Part shown: one piece after another, positions 50,226 to 61,500 of the stretch
Position numbering within the stretch: the stretch's first letter is position 1
How the letters are laid out: each line of letters starts with the position of its first letter
Assembly: GCA_963456245.1 (NCBI GenBank)
Contig: CAUOKV010000002.1
Span: 55,731 to 119,730, forward strand
DNA: 64,000 bases
Origin: an uncultured Candidatus Saccharibacteria bacterium
GTDB taxonomy: Bacteria > Patescibacteriota > Saccharimonadia > Saccharimonadales > Saccharimonadaceae
Reading direction: 5' to 3'
The notes under the pieces: model-generated
Databases searched by the model: none
What the model saw: the letters and a program-made list of their open reading frames with translations, nothing else
Told to the model about the DNA's origin: nothing
Position numbers and translations under genes: made by a program

Positions 50226-51351
50226 CGCTCCTTTGTCTGACTCGGAAGCTCCCCAGCTTTGTCTGATCAAGGCTAGCGTGGCTTCCCTTTTTAGCTGCTT
50301 GCTCCGCCTTGGCTAAGGCGTTGTCAACATTCCGACTTGCCTCGTCCTCACTCGCCTCAGCGTCGTACTCTCGGTAGACCTGGGTCAGCTGATCGGTCAG
50401 GTCCGGCAGGAAGTCATCAAGGCTGGCGTAAGTGCGAAAGCCGGCAGCGTAAGGGTGTCCATCGCCACCGAAGCGCTTAGCCAGCAAGTTTGACACGGGG
50501 ATGTTGGAGCGGATCTTGCCGGTCAGCTTGTCGTCGGGATAAGTCTTGATACCGATGGCGACATCGACACCGGTCACTTGGCGCATCTCGTCAATCACCA
50601 GCATGGTCGGGTTGTATTCGTTGCTATACTCATGAATCTCCTCGAACGGTATATGGATAAAGGCGGTACGACCGTCATTTAGATAGTCGATGCGTTCGAT
50701 CAATTTACCCTTGTAGCTCAAGATGCGGGGCGACTTCTTCATCAGCTCTCGCCTGGCCTCTTCGACCTTAGCTGGACTGGCGCCAAGCCGGACTAGACCG
50801 GCACAAGTCTCGAAACTATCGGCGGTAGTTGACTCGGTTGATAGCCCCAGGGAGTCGGCTTGGATGGAAATGAAAAGGTCGGTAGCAGCTGCCGGGGATA
50901 TCGTCCAGCCTTTTTCTTTAGCTATGGTGTAGATTAGCTCACCGGTGGCAACCGCCCGGTCGCTAAAGATGTACTCCGCCTCGAAAGGCAGATCCGGCTC
51001 GACGCCGACATGGTGATCAAGGACGATGACGGGGTGAGTGGTGAAGAAGTTCATCACCGCCGGGTTGTCAATCGTCTTGCTCATCAGCGTCTTAGATGAA
51101 GTGTCAACGATGACGGCGATATCCGCCCCGGTCGGGAAATCGTTGGTCACCCTACTCCAGCCCTCAATGTAGCGCAGATAGGTCGGTATCTGGACGGGGC
51201 AATGCATGGTTACCGCCTTGCCCTGCTCGGCAAGAATCTCTTCTAGGGCTAAGGCTGAGCCGAGCGAGTCGCCGTCAGGATTCTCAGCTTGACAGACCAC
51301 GACTGACTCTGCATGCTCAATCAGCTGACGAACCCGGTCGGTTAGAATCAT
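50209..51351 (-). CDS. DHH/DHHA1 phosphoesterase (NrnA-like)
   Basis: NPDGDSLGS, VDT, LDHH, C-terminal GGDGHPYAAG. Confidence 0.88.
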   Translation of the reverse strand: MILTDRVRQLIEHAESVVVCQAENPDGDSLGSALALEEILAEQGKAVTMHCPVQIPTYLRYIEGWSRVTNDFPTGADIAVIVDTSSKTLMSKTIDNPAVMNFFTTHPVIVLDHHVGVEPDLPFEAEYIFSDRAVATGELIYTIAKEKGWTISPAAATDLFISIQADSLGLSTESTTADSFETCAGLVRLGASPAKVEEARRELMKKSPRILSYKGKLIERIDYLNDGRTAFIHIPFEEIHEYSNEYNPTMLVIDEMRQVTGVDVAIGIKTYPDDKLTGKIRSNIPVSNLLAKRFGGDGHPYAAGFRTYASLDDFLPDLTDQLTQVYREYDAEASEDEASRNVDNALAKAEQAAKKGSHASLDQTKLGSFRVRQRSDDAAV

Positions 51352-51401
51352 AGGGCTATTATACCATCTTTGGGGTGCCATCAGAGCTCGGAGTGAGCTC
51401 T

Positions 51402-52382
51402 TTAGCGAGATGCTCCGCCGCTAGGTGACTTATCAGTATAGTCATCTTCCCGGCGGGGTTGATAGCTGATCTCGGCAAGCTCCAGCTTAGTCAGCACCTG
51501 CCTGATATTGGCCGCCGTCAAGAGAGAGCTTACTCCGGCCTGCCCGGTCAGTACGTTTAGGTCACTGTAGATGTCAATTAGCGTCCGGTCATCGATCAAC
51601 TCTTTGAGACGAGTAGCTAGTCCGTCCAAGGACGACTGGTTCGGTGTCGGGAGTGAAGCGAGAGCGCTACTTAGTCGCTGTTTGATTCGGCGATGAATTG
51701 GGCGTCGACGCAGGAGGAAGCTCTGTCTGAGAGTGACTTGCTCTTTAGAGCCATCAACGATGGCGCCATTAGGGTACAATCCCAGGTCGGCGACCGTTTG
51801 TCTGGTTATCTGCCACCAGACACCCCGGGCAATTAGTCGAAAAATAATCATCTCCGCTACTGTCGGGTTCGTCACTACTAAGCTAGTAGTCATCTTTTCG
51901 AATAGCTCAGGCCGACGCCTCATCCGAAAGAGACCCCGGTGGCAATTCTCTTCATCCGGCTCCGGTGTATAGATTAGTCGGTCTAGCTGATCCGAGGGGA
52001 TGAATCTCATCCGGGCCAGTTGATCCAGCTCGGCTCGTAACCCTGTCCAATTCATCACTGTGTAGCGAGTGCCCAGCTCAGCTTCGACTTCACCGAGACA
52101 GCTGCGTACTACGGTATCGGGGATAGCTCGACCGGACTGAGTGACGTATTCGTCTATCGCCGGCACCATATCAGTACAGCAGTCAACTGCTAGATAAATG
52201 TAATGAAGAAAGCTTTCGCCGCCGACGTAACTAGCCGGGTATGGCGGCATCGGATAACGCTCGGCCAGGAACCGGTCAAGTTGATGAATGAAGCAGTGCT
52301 CGTAGAGATGAATAACCCGTTCGTCAATATCGCCATCAACATGCAGCCAGTAGTGACGAGTAATCGGTCGAGGACTAATCAT
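51402..52382 (-). CDS. Hypothetical protein with HxxEH (M16 peptidase-like) motif
   Basis: Start MISPRP after GGAGGAG; IHLYEHCF near N-terminus. Confidence 0.6.
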   Translation of the reverse strand: MISPRPITRHYWLHVDGDIDERVIHLYEHCFIHQLDRFLAERYPMPPYPASYVGGESFLHYIYLAVDCCTDMVPAIDEYVTQSGRAIPDTVVRSCLGEVEAELGTRYTVMNWTGLRAELDQLARMRFIPSDQLDRLIYTPEPDEENCHRGLFRMRRRPELFEKMTTSLVVTNPTVAEMIIFRLIARGVWWQITRQTVADLGLYPNGAIVDGSKEQVTLRQSFLLRRRPIHRRIKQRLSSALASLPTPNQSSLDGLATRLKELIDDRTLIDIYSDLNVLTGQAGVSSLLTAANIRQVLTKLELAEISYQPRREDDYTDKSPSGGASR

Positions 52383-53379
52383 TCTCTCCTCCGTTGAGAA
52401 TAAATGGCTGGAAGCTGCCGGCGGGTACTTGGTCATAGCTAATCCACCGGAGGGATGTCTCGGTTATGGCACCAAGAATGCGATGAGGCGAAAGGTAACT
52501 CTCCATCTGACCATCGGGTATGATGATGCCGAGATTACGATAGGTGTCACCCGGCCCCGGTGAACTCCAGCCCTGACAGTGGCGCCGGATAGCCGACCTG
52601 ATATTACGGCGCATTTGCCGGGGCGAGTTGACTGCCAAGCGTTGGGCTTGATTAAGCTGGTCAAGCACGGCTTGCTTGATCCTGCGGCGATGGCGGTGGT
52701 CGTCTCGGATGATGAGGCGATAGTGCAGGACGGCTTTGTCGTCATAGTCGTAGCAAGTATTTTCCCTAAGATGACCGCCATACTGAACTAGACCTTGTTC
52801 GACATAGCTAGCCAGAATGTATAGCAGCACCGGGGCGACAACTCTATTCGACACTTGACCATCCAGCCGGAAAGATACAGTGACAGAAGAAAAGGATCGT
52901 TCGGCTCGCCGTAGCTGCAGCCAGTCCGGCTTAGTGTAGCTGACTAGCGGTGATTGGTCGGTGTCGGTTTCAGCTACACCGCCACTGAGGTCTAGCTTGG
53001 TGAAGGGGCGACGTAATAGCTCGGCTAGTTGTTTGCTCAGTCTATCCCGGCCGTTGACTCGAGCTATCTGCCCTGTCTCGGTCTCGGTCCGGCTGAGGCT
53101 AAGGTGTATCAGCTCCTCAGACAAGGCTACTGAGGGTATCTCGTTGATGATCTGCTCTATCTGCCCTACTGCCTGATCGTCATACAGTCGGACATTAATG
53201 GTGGCTCGCCGGTTATTAAAGTTAACCATCAGGATGCAGATGGCGCTGGGAATGAGGCAATATCTTTCGATCAGCTCTTGCTGGATATGTAGGTAGACAT
53301 AATGACAGAGGATATCTGCCAGGTAGACATTAGTCTGATCAAGCGGTAGATAGTAGAATAGATGCTTTTCGGTCGACAT
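52375..53379 (-). CDS. Hypothetical protein, probable degenerate paralog of the downstream M16-like gene
   Basis: Similar length, ADILCHY at equivalent position, overlapping stop/start. Confidence 0.55.
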   Translation of the reverse strand: MSTEKHLFYYLPLDQTNVYLADILCHYVYLHIQQELIERYCLIPSAICILMVNFNNRRATINVRLYDDQAVGQIEQIINEIPSVALSEELIHLSLSRTETETGQIARVNGRDRLSKQLAELLRRPFTKLDLSGGVAETDTDQSPLVSYTKPDWLQLRRAERSFSSVTVSFRLDGQVSNRVVAPVLLYILASYVEQGLVQYGGHLRENTCYDYDDKAVLHYRLIIRDDHRHRRRIKQAVLDQLNQAQRLAVNSPRQMRRNIRSAIRRHCQGWSSPGPGDTYRNLGIIIPDGQMESYLSPHRILGAITETSLRWISYDQVPAGSFQPFILNGGEND

Positions 53380-53396
53380 AATGCTTTTAGGAAAAT

Positions 53397-53418
53397 GGCA
53401 AGACCCGCAGGTCTTGCC
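53397..53418 (-). terminator. Terminator-like hairpin
   Basis: GGCAAGACC-N4-GGTCTTGCC followed on minus strand by ATTTTCC. Confidence 0.65.
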
Positions 53419-53436
53419 GTAGATAGGGGCTAGTAA

Positions 53437-53580
53437 TTAGTGTTTAAATTGATGACCGCTGTGACTTATCTCGCCTCCGTTATGGACATTGCTTCCATTT
53501 CTGAACTTTTTTGACTTTCCATTATTCGAGCCAGAGTTCTTCTTCGGTCTCTCCTTTGACTTTTTTCTATTGTCTTCCAC
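53437..53580 (-). CDS. 47-aa basic, Lys/Asn/Ser-rich small protein
   Basis: GGAGG RBS, GTG start, VEDNRKKSKERPKKNSGSNNGKSKKFRNGSNVHNGGEISHSGHQFKH*, TATAAT upstream, hairpin downstream. Confidence 0.5.
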   Translation of the reverse strand: MEDNRKKSKERPKKNSGSNNGKSKKFRNGSNVHNGGEISHSGHQFKH

Positions 53581-53722
53581 GACTAGCCTCCAATGTACGA
53601 GGATGCAATGCATCCCTACCCACCGAATTGATTAGTGGGGCTATGTGCTATTATACACGAGAGAGTGCTTAAGTGATAATCTTGTATTAATTGCGTAATC
53701 TTCTCTACGATATAATGTACCC

Positions 53723-55459
53723 ATGCTAAGGCGAGGACAGTCGAAAAGATGGCGGGTGTTTACCCTGGGTGCGCTAATCGGTCTAGCCGTCTTTGGCTTT
53801 CTCTATGGCTTTGAGATAGTCAACCCTACTTACACTGACTGGATCTGGCATAGCGAGACCCATGACACGGCTCAGCATCAGCTGGGCTGGGAGTTTTACC
53901 GAGCTGAGTCGTCCGGCGGGATGATTAAGCGATTGGCGCCACCGACCGGACTGTCGATGATCTTTATGGATGTCATTCCGCTGGTGGCGCTGATGGTCAA
54001 GCCGCTTGCGGGTGTCTTACCGGCGAACTTTCAGTACTTTGGGCTATGGGGGCTTAGTTGCTACGTCCTGATAGGCGGGCTGGGAGCGCTACTGGTTGAT
54101 ACGATTTGGCGTCGGACTAGATTGGCCGAGTCAACTAAGCCGCCTTGGCGTTGGCTGACGATTGGCGCCGGAGCGAGCTTCTTTGTCCTCTCGCCGATAG
54201 TGCTGGCTCGTAGCTTTTATCATCCTGCCCTGGCTGGTCAATGGATAATCCTCTTGGGGATATTACTGGTGATAGAAACGTCGGGGTTTAAGTCGGCAGG
54301 TCACCTAACGGCTATCTGGATGGTTGTACTCACCGGGGCTATCTTGATCCATCCCTACTTCCTGCCAATGATGGGGGCGCTAATGGTGCTGTCCGCCGTT
54401 CGCTTGATTGACCGGCAAGGTTGGAGCGGTCGGTGCCGTTGGCGAGCGCTAACTATAATGACGATCATCCCCGCCGCAGTAGCGGTAGGTATATTTTGTT
54501 TAGTCGGAGGCTTTAGCTTGGGAACGGGGGCGGAGGTGTACGACCTGGCAGACAAGGGCTTTAACCTGCTGAGCTTTGCCAACCCGCTAGGTTATTCCGT
54601 CTTACCCGCCCTCCCTAATCGCTCGACCTCCGGCGAGACGATGATGTGGCTGGGGCTCGGCGTCTGGCTGATGCTTTTGCTTGCTGCTTGGCTATGGCGA
54701 GGGAATTATCGGGTAGCTTGGCTTCGCCTGAGGCAGTATTGGCGGCGACATCGCTGGATGTGCCGAGTCGGCTTGACCGTTTTTATACTGCTACTAATCT
54801 TTGCCGTCGGAGTGCGAATTGATGTCGGCCCTGCGACTTTAGTCCAATATAGCGTGCCTAAGCCAATCTACGAGCTATGGTCGGCTTTTCGGGCTTCAGC
54901 TCGAGAGGCTTGGGTCTTTTACTATGCGACTATCCTGCTGGCCGGCTACCTCTTTGCTAGTGGGCTGACGAAGTGGCGAGAACGCCATCACGGTCGGTCG
55001 GCGGGGGTAATAGTGGCAATAGTACTACTGATCGTGGTCAGCGTACAGGCGGTTGACATCTCGGCTAGCCCTCTAGCTATAGCCAAGCGAAGGGATTTTC
55101 GGCGAATTACTAGAACATCGGCTCAGTTCATGCCTCTTGACCTTGGCTCAATTTATCATGGGCAGAAGCAACTGATCGCACTAGATGAGTCCTTTCGAGG
55201 CGACCAGTCGGGTACTTATATTATTGGTCGGGCAGCACTTCGCTATGGTATGTCGCTTAATGCCGGCTTTTTCGCTCGCCTGCCCGATAGGGTACGCCGT
55301 GAGCAGGCCGGCTGGCGAGCTAAACTGACGGCGGGTCAGCTGACAGCACACCAGCTGGAGAGCGTGGTGCTCTTTACCAGAGACGATCGGATAGTAAAAG
55401 CCCTCCCTCATTGGGTCAAGCATCGTCGGCTTGGTCGGTGGACGTTCCTGTATGTTTAG
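53723..55459 (+). CDS. Polytopic membrane protein, DUF6311-like / GT-C-type
   Basis: D..QH.LGW.FYR, D.IPL.AL..K, FQYFGLW, HPYF, FRASAR motifs; more than 10 TMs. Confidence 0.7.
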   Translation: MLRRGQSKRWRVFTLGALIGLAVFGFLYGFEIVNPTYTDWIWHSETHDTAQHQLGWEFYRAESSGGMIKRLAPPTGLSMIFMDVIPLVALMVKPLAGVLPANFQYFGLWGLSCYVLIGGLGALLVDTIWRRTRLAESTKPPWRWLTIGAGASFFVLSPIVLARSFYHPALAGQWIILLGILLVIETSGFKSAGHLTAIWMVVLTGAILIHPYFLPMMGALMVLSAVRLIDRQGWSGRCRWRALTIMTIIPAAVAVGIFCLVGGFSLGTGAEVYDLADKGFNLLSFANPLGYSVLPALPNRSTSGETMMWLGLGVWLMLLLAAWLWRGNYRVAWLRLRQYWRRHRWMCRVGLTVFILLLIFAVGVRIDVGPATLVQYSVPKPIYELWSAFRASAREAWVFYYATILLAGYLFASGLTKWRERHHGRSAGVIVAIVLLIVVSVQAVDISASPLAIAKRRDFRRITRTSAQFMPLDLGSIYHGQKQLIALDESFRGDQSGTYIIGRAALRYGMSLNAGFFARLPDRVRREQAGWRAKLTAGQLTAHQLESVVLFTRDDRIVKALPHWVKHRRLGRWTFLYV

Positions 55460-55500
55460 CTGCCATGGTGTTCGGAAATAAGCAACCGTCAGTTCCGTGT

Positions 55501-58461
55501 TTAGCCCGGTTCCACGTTATACTTCTTACGGTAGGCCTCATCATCAATCAAGGTGATTGGTACGCCGAAGTAGCGGGCGAATTTCTTGCTGTTCTCATTG
55601 ATGTCATCGGTACTGGAGCCGTGAACGATGATGTGCGATGGTTGCAGGCGGCCATTCCTCGCCCCGGGCTCACTTGATATGCGAGAGAGACCGACTTCGT
55701 TGTAGTGATAGTATTTACTATGTAGGTGCTTGACCTGATCAAATCTATGCATTAGTCCATCACAAGTGTTGAATTCGACGCCACCCATCTCTGTCTTCAG
55801 GCTACCTCGCAGGTAACCATCGTTTGGTGCCATGGCGACGATGCCGCCGGGCTGAATATGATTAAAGCCCAGCAATACCCGAGAGGCTTCGTCGCTGCCG
55901 ACTCGCAGATAGTTGCTATAGTGTTTCTCGTCGATACAGCTAGTCGAGATAGTTGCGGAGCCTTGAGCAGTATTCCAAACGCTAGGGTCTTTCAGCAGGG
56001 CGCGGTAGACGTCAGGGTTAATATATTGTCCGTAGATAGTATGACTGAGCATCTTGAAGGGAGCGCCGGTCAGCTTGACCACTTCAATGGCACCGTCAGA
56101 ACTGCCCTCTTCTATAGTGAGGTGTTCTATCCCCTCGCCCGTTGCCTCCAGATCGATCAACGATTTATTCCAGTCGTCGGTGATGTAATGGCGGAGCTTA
56201 CTGATTAGGTCAGAAGCCGAGCCTTCGATCTTAGTGATCTTCGCTACGCCACTCTCGTCCTCGACCGGCACACAGAGGGGTGAGTCGGCAATTATCCGAA
56301 GCAACTTCTCGGTAGCCTCACCATTAGATATCTCCTTCTTAGGTCTGTCGGGAGGAATATACATGTCTCGCCAATCGTCGTACTTGAGTCCAAAATTGAT
56401 TGGGTTAATTTGGCAAAATAAGTTTATTACTGCTACGTCATCCGGACTCAAGACGTGACGACGACCCAGAGTGTCGAGGTCAAAGCAGCTCAGGTCGTAG
56501 CCATCGAAGTCAGATAGCATGATGAAGGAGATAGCTCGACAGGCATCCCCGACGTAGTTGCTGACCAGGTCGCTGGTGGCTCGCTCAGCGATGACTGCTC
56601 GGTAATTTTTCAGCTCTTCGACTGTCTTGATACCGAATTTGTTGCGTGTCCGCAAGACTAGATTAAGGCTATTACGAGTAGCTTCGTCAAGCTTGTCGAC
56701 CGTAGCCAACTCGTCAAAGAGTGGACCAGCTCTACCGATGTACTCAGTCAGTACGGCGTAATTCACCATCCTAGCCCGATCGCCGTCAAATAAGTTGAAC
56801 CGGCTAAGCGTATCCAGGTGTCGACGCACCACTTCAATCGACTCATCATCCATCGTGCTCAGCATTTGATCGGCGCGACAGTTGTATAGAACCAGATCTC
56901 CGAAATACTCTTCGCCCAAAATAGAATCCTTACCTTGGGCATGAGCATTAATGACCGACTCTCTGTGCGCTAAGTTGGCTAGAGGGTACTTGTTAAGGAA
57001 GCTGTCAGCCTTATGGATCAGATCAATGAGATAATCTATGCCGGTGATACTATGCTGGCTGGCCAACCCAAGGAAGGTGCTGGGGGCTCCCTTTTCGTTC
57101 CATTCTTTATACATATCCAATGCCTTTACCTGAGACTGCCCGAGGATACTATATATCTCCGGCGTAAGAGGCATGTCTCCGAGACAAGAGACAAACTTTC
57201 CGATCTCCTCGTCGTTGGTTAATAGAGGACTGCTTTGCAAACGATCATAATATTGTTGGCTAGGTATGCCGTCTTCAAAAAATTTGCTAAAGTCTTTATT
57301 ACTATATTTCTGGTCGACGCAGTCCAGAAGATCTCGAAAAGAGTGTATATGTAGCTCAGAAGTTATACCGTGATCTGATGGTGAGATAATTCCAATCTGG
57401 CTAGTCATCTGAAACTGCCGCCAGTACCGGGCTGCCTTAGAGTCAGGACAAAGACTGAGGGAGATTCCATTCATACCCCTGCGGGAACCGCACTTTGAGT
57501 ATTCCTTGATTAGTTGATCGTATAGTCGTCCGATGTTGTCATCATTAATCAATCCAGCTCGGTAAAGATTGTCTTGTAGAGGAATTGCATCGGGATGAAA
57601 ATCGTCGATCACGCTATTATCGACACAGTCTTCAATGAAAGTATCATTTGAGGCTATGTCGTAGCCAATATTTTTCAGCCCTTTAGCGAAATCAGCTAGA
57701 TTCCGGGTGTCACGAAGCTCTAATTTGAATTTATCAATGATAATGCTCTGCGAGATAGTGCTCACGTCCAGCTCGGATTTTCTCTTTTTCAGCACCGACT
57801 TGACTTGTTTGCTCATCTTTTCGTCATTTAGGACGCCATTAACGAAATAAGCATAAGATGGCTCGTCTACACTCATCGGAAAATCAGGCAGCTTTTCCAG
57901 GAATAAAACGGTGGTCTCGGCTAATCCGTCGTAGTTTTCTAGAAATAACTGGTGGTCTGTCATAAAGTCGGTGACCCGATTGATAGTCATATCCCCAAAG
58001 TATCCTACTTCAGCATCTAATTCGTCGGGCTCTCGAGCGTATTCGTTCTGGGATAGATCCAGAGCCTGTTTAATGGTGTAGTCTCTGGTTGTTTGCTCCA
58101 TCGCCATTAGCTTATCTGCCAGCTCTTTGCTTGCTAGCTCTTCGTCCTCAATGATGGCTTCGATGAGCTCAGTAGCGACTTCTCTTGTCTCTTGTTGTTG
58201 CTCAGGCGTGAGAGTAGCTGCGATTAGGTCGTCTAAAGAGCTAATGCTACCGCCTTGGTCGTCGGACAGCTCGACTTGCTCAGTTTGGTTCTCCTCTTTA
58301 GGTCTATCGGTGAACGCAGTAGCTAGCCCACCCAGCTTCAACCAGATAGATGACAGATCGGACAAGTCGATTTCCGCCGAAGTGTTGGCGGGTGCCCAAT
58401 CATCGTCTTGCTTGTCGTTGGAGAGGTCATATGAGTTTGATTCTTGCTGAGCTGATTCCAT
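55501..58461 (-). CDS. Large acidic protein, paralog 1, with C-terminal putative ADP-ribosyltransferase-like domain
   Basis: 986 aa; FKMLSHTI...TISTSCID...VLLGF...YNEVGLSR...LQPSHIIV; function inferred. Confidence 0.75.
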   Translation of the reverse strand: MESAQQESNSYDLSNDKQDDDWAPANTSAEIDLSDLSSIWLKLGGLATAFTDRPKEENQTEQVELSDDQGGSISSLDDLIAATLTPEQQQETREVATELIEAIIEDEELASKELADKLMAMEQTTRDYTIKQALDLSQNEYAREPDELDAEVGYFGDMTINRVTDFMTDHQLFLENYDGLAETTVLFLEKLPDFPMSVDEPSYAYFVNGVLNDEKMSKQVKSVLKKRKSELDVSTISQSIIIDKFKLELRDTRNLADFAKGLKNIGYDIASNDTFIEDCVDNSVIDDFHPDAIPLQDNLYRAGLINDDNIGRLYDQLIKEYSKCGSRRGMNGISLSLCPDSKAARYWRQFQMTSQIGIISPSDHGITSELHIHSFRDLLDCVDQKYSNKDFSKFFEDGIPSQQYYDRLQSSPLLTNDEEIGKFVSCLGDMPLTPEIYSILGQSQVKALDMYKEWNEKGAPSTFLGLASQHSITGIDYLIDLIHKADSFLNKYPLANLAHRESVINAHAQGKDSILGEEYFGDLVLYNCRADQMLSTMDDESIEVVRRHLDTLSRFNLFDGDRARMVNYAVLTEYIGRAGPLFDELATVDKLDEATRNSLNLVLRTRNKFGIKTVEELKNYRAVIAERATSDLVSNYVGDACRAISFIMLSDFDGYDLSCFDLDTLGRRHVLSPDDVAVINLFCQINPINFGLKYDDWRDMYIPPDRPKKEISNGEATEKLLRIIADSPLCVPVEDESGVAKITKIEGSASDLISKLRHYITDDWNKSLIDLEATGEGIEHLTIEEGSSDGAIEVVKLTGAPFKMLSHTIYGQYINPDVYRALLKDPSVWNTAQGSATISTSCIDEKHYSNYLRVGSDEASRVLLGFNHIQPGGIVAMAPNDGYLRGSLKTEMGGVEFNTCDGLMHRFDQVKHLHSKYYHYNEVGLSRISSEPGARNGRLQPSHIIVHGSSTDDINENSKKFARYFGVPITLIDDEAYRKKYNVEPG

Positions 58462-58570
58462 TTTCTTCTTTGCGTATACTTGGTCACTGATTATAATAGC
58501 ATGATTATTCCCCGGTTAAGCTGAAAGCATGACCGTCGGCTTGATGTGGATGATTGTCGAGCCGGAGTTT

Positions 58571-61500
58571 CTACTCTACGTTATACTTCTTGTGGTAAGC
58601 TTCGTCGTCGATTAGAGTGATTGGCACACCAAAATACCTAGCAAACTTTTTGCTGTTCTCATTGATGTCATCAGTACTGGAGCCGTGAACGATGATATGT
58701 GATGGTTGCAAGCGGCCATTCCTCGCCCCGGGCTCGCTTGATATGCGAGAGAGACCGACTTCGTTGTAGTTGCAATGTATGCTATGAGCTACCTGATCAT
58801 ACTGATGCATTAGTTCATCGCAGGTGGTGAATCGTACGTCAAACATCTTTAAGTCTAAGCTGCCATGTAGATAGCCGTCATGCGGCGCCATAGCGACGAT
58901 GCCACCGGGCTGAATATGATTGAAGCCCAGTAGTACTCGAGAGTCCTCACGGCTACCCATCCACAGATAGTTACCGCAATGCTTTTCGTCGATACAGCTG
59001 GTCGAGACAGTGGCGGAACCCTGGGCGGTGTTCCAGACGCTAGGGTCGTTGATTAGGGAATGGAAGACATCAGGGCGATTGTAATGTCCGTAAATGGTGT
59101 GGCTGAGCATCTTAAATGGAGCGCCGGTCAGCTTGACCACTTCAATGGCGCCATTAGGATTGCCTTCTTCTATAGTGAGGTGTTCTATTCCTTCACCTGT
59201 CGCCTCTAGGTTAATCAACGATTTATTCCAGTCGTCGATAATGTAATGACGGAGTTTGTTCGCCAGATCAGCTCCCGCTCCTTCAAGCTTAGTGATCTTG
59301 GCTACGCCACTTTCATCCTCGACCGGTACACAGAGGGGTGATTCGGCGATAGCCTGGAGTATCTTCTCGGTGGCCATACCGTTAGTGGCGACACTATCGG
59401 AAGATACATATTCTTTCTGCCTCTCATCGTACTCGAACTCAACAGCGTCCCAGTCGTCGTGATGGACGGGTACATACTCCCTGAGCTCCTCATCATACTC
59501 AAACCCGAAGTTGCGGGGATCAACTTTACGAAATAGGTCTATGACTGCTTCGTCATCCGAGGTCAAGACTTGACGCCGACGGAGCGTCTCTAGATCAAAG
59601 CAAGCTGTGTTACAGCCATCGAAGTCAGATAGCATGATAAACGAGATAGCCTTGTAGGCGTCTCTGACGTCATCACTCACCAGGTCGCCAGTGGCTCGTT
59701 CGGCGATGACGGCTCGATAGCTCCTCAGCTCCTCGACCGTTTTAATGCCATAGGGATTTCTCGTTTGTAGGACGAGGTTGAGGCTGTCTCTGACATCTCC
59801 ATCAAGCTGGTCAACACTAGCCAGCTCGCTGAAAAGCTGCCTGGCTTCTTGATGCTCCTCAGCCAGCACGGCGCAATTAACCATCCTGGGCCGGTCGCCG
59901 TCAAATAGGTTGAAGCGGCTCAGTGTGTCCAGGTGCTGACGTACTTGTTTGATCGACTCTTCATCCATCGCACTTAGTAATTGATCGGCGTGACAGTTGT
60001 ATAGGACTAGATCACCAAAATACTCCTCGCCTAAAACAGCGTCCTTACCCTGGACGTGAGCGTCGATGACTGACTTCCGATCCGTTAAGTCGGCTAGCGG
60101 ATATTTATCAAGGAAGCTACCGACTCGTTGACTCAGCTCTGCAAGCTCATCAGAGGTAGTAATACTGGATGTGTCGATAGACTTAGCGAAAGACATTAAA
60201 GCACCTTTTTGCGCCCATTCATGATATATATCCAGCGCTTTCTTCTGGCCGTCACCCAGCATATCCAGAATCTCCGGCGTCAGGGGCATATTCGGTAGAC
60301 ATTTGATAGCGAATTCGACAGCTTTGTCGTCGTTGCAGAGCAGGGGTGAACCGGCTAATTGGTCATAATAGCTTTGGTCAGGGATACCATTCTTAAAATG
60401 CTTGTAAAGTTCACTTTCCGGTCTTCTCGGGTTGGAGCTTGTGTAAATCCATAGCGATCGAAAGGAGTCAATATCTCGGTGGGTGACGAAATTATTGTCA
60501 GCCGGTGATGTCACTCCGAATGATCTAGTAATCTGAAGCTGTCGCCAGTATTTCGTTACTTCCGACTCAGGACAAAGGTCAAGGGATATAGCATACTCAA
60601 GCTCCGGGCGGTGATCACTTGGAGGCAGGTCTTCTTTGAGTAGCTGGTAATATAGTCGTCCAATGTTGTCATCATTGATCAGCCCGGCTCGGTATAGGTT
60701 GTCTTGTAGGTAAAGTTCTTCGGGGTGATCATCGTCAATGATACTAAAGCTAATGCACTTTCTTAGAAAAGCGTCACTTGATGCTACATCGTAGCCGATA
60801 TTCTTGAGCCCCCTAGCGAACTCAGCTAAGTTTTTAGTGTCTCTTTTGTGCTCAGTGAAGCAGCCGAGGATGATGTCTTGGGCAATGCCATCGATCTTGT
60901 AGTTAAATTTTTTCTTCGCTAGCTCCAGCTTAATCTGTTGACCAACCTGCCGGTCATTGAGTGCGCCATTGACAAAGTAGGCATAAGGCGCCTCATCTAC
61001 GTCTATATAGGAATGCGGAAGGTCCTCTAAGAAGGAGATAGTTGTTTTAGCTAGCCCGTCGTAGTTCTCCAGAAATAGTTGGTGGTCGATTAGAAGCTGG
61101 GTGACTCTGCTGATCGGTCTCGCAAATCTGGCTTTAGCTTCGTCGGTATATTTAAGCTGTGTCCAAAATAGCACCTCCTTAATGGCACAATCTCTGACCG
61201 GCTGTTCCATCGCCGTCAGCTTCTCTACCAGCTCTTCGCTTGCCGGCTGGTCATCCTTGACGATGGCTTTAGTCAATCCTGCGGCGGTCTGCCTGACTTC
61301 CTGTTGCTGCTCGGGCGTGAGGGTTGTCTCGATTAGCTCACTGAGCGAGGTGATGTTGTCTTTGCTTTTCTCAGTGACAGTGGCGTCACTACTATTTCGA
61401 TCGTCGGGCTTACTCCACCTTGCTTCGCTGCTCTGAGCGGCGGCAGTAGTGTCGCTATTGTTCTGATCATCAGGCGGTCTGTCCGACTTGTCCGTACTCT

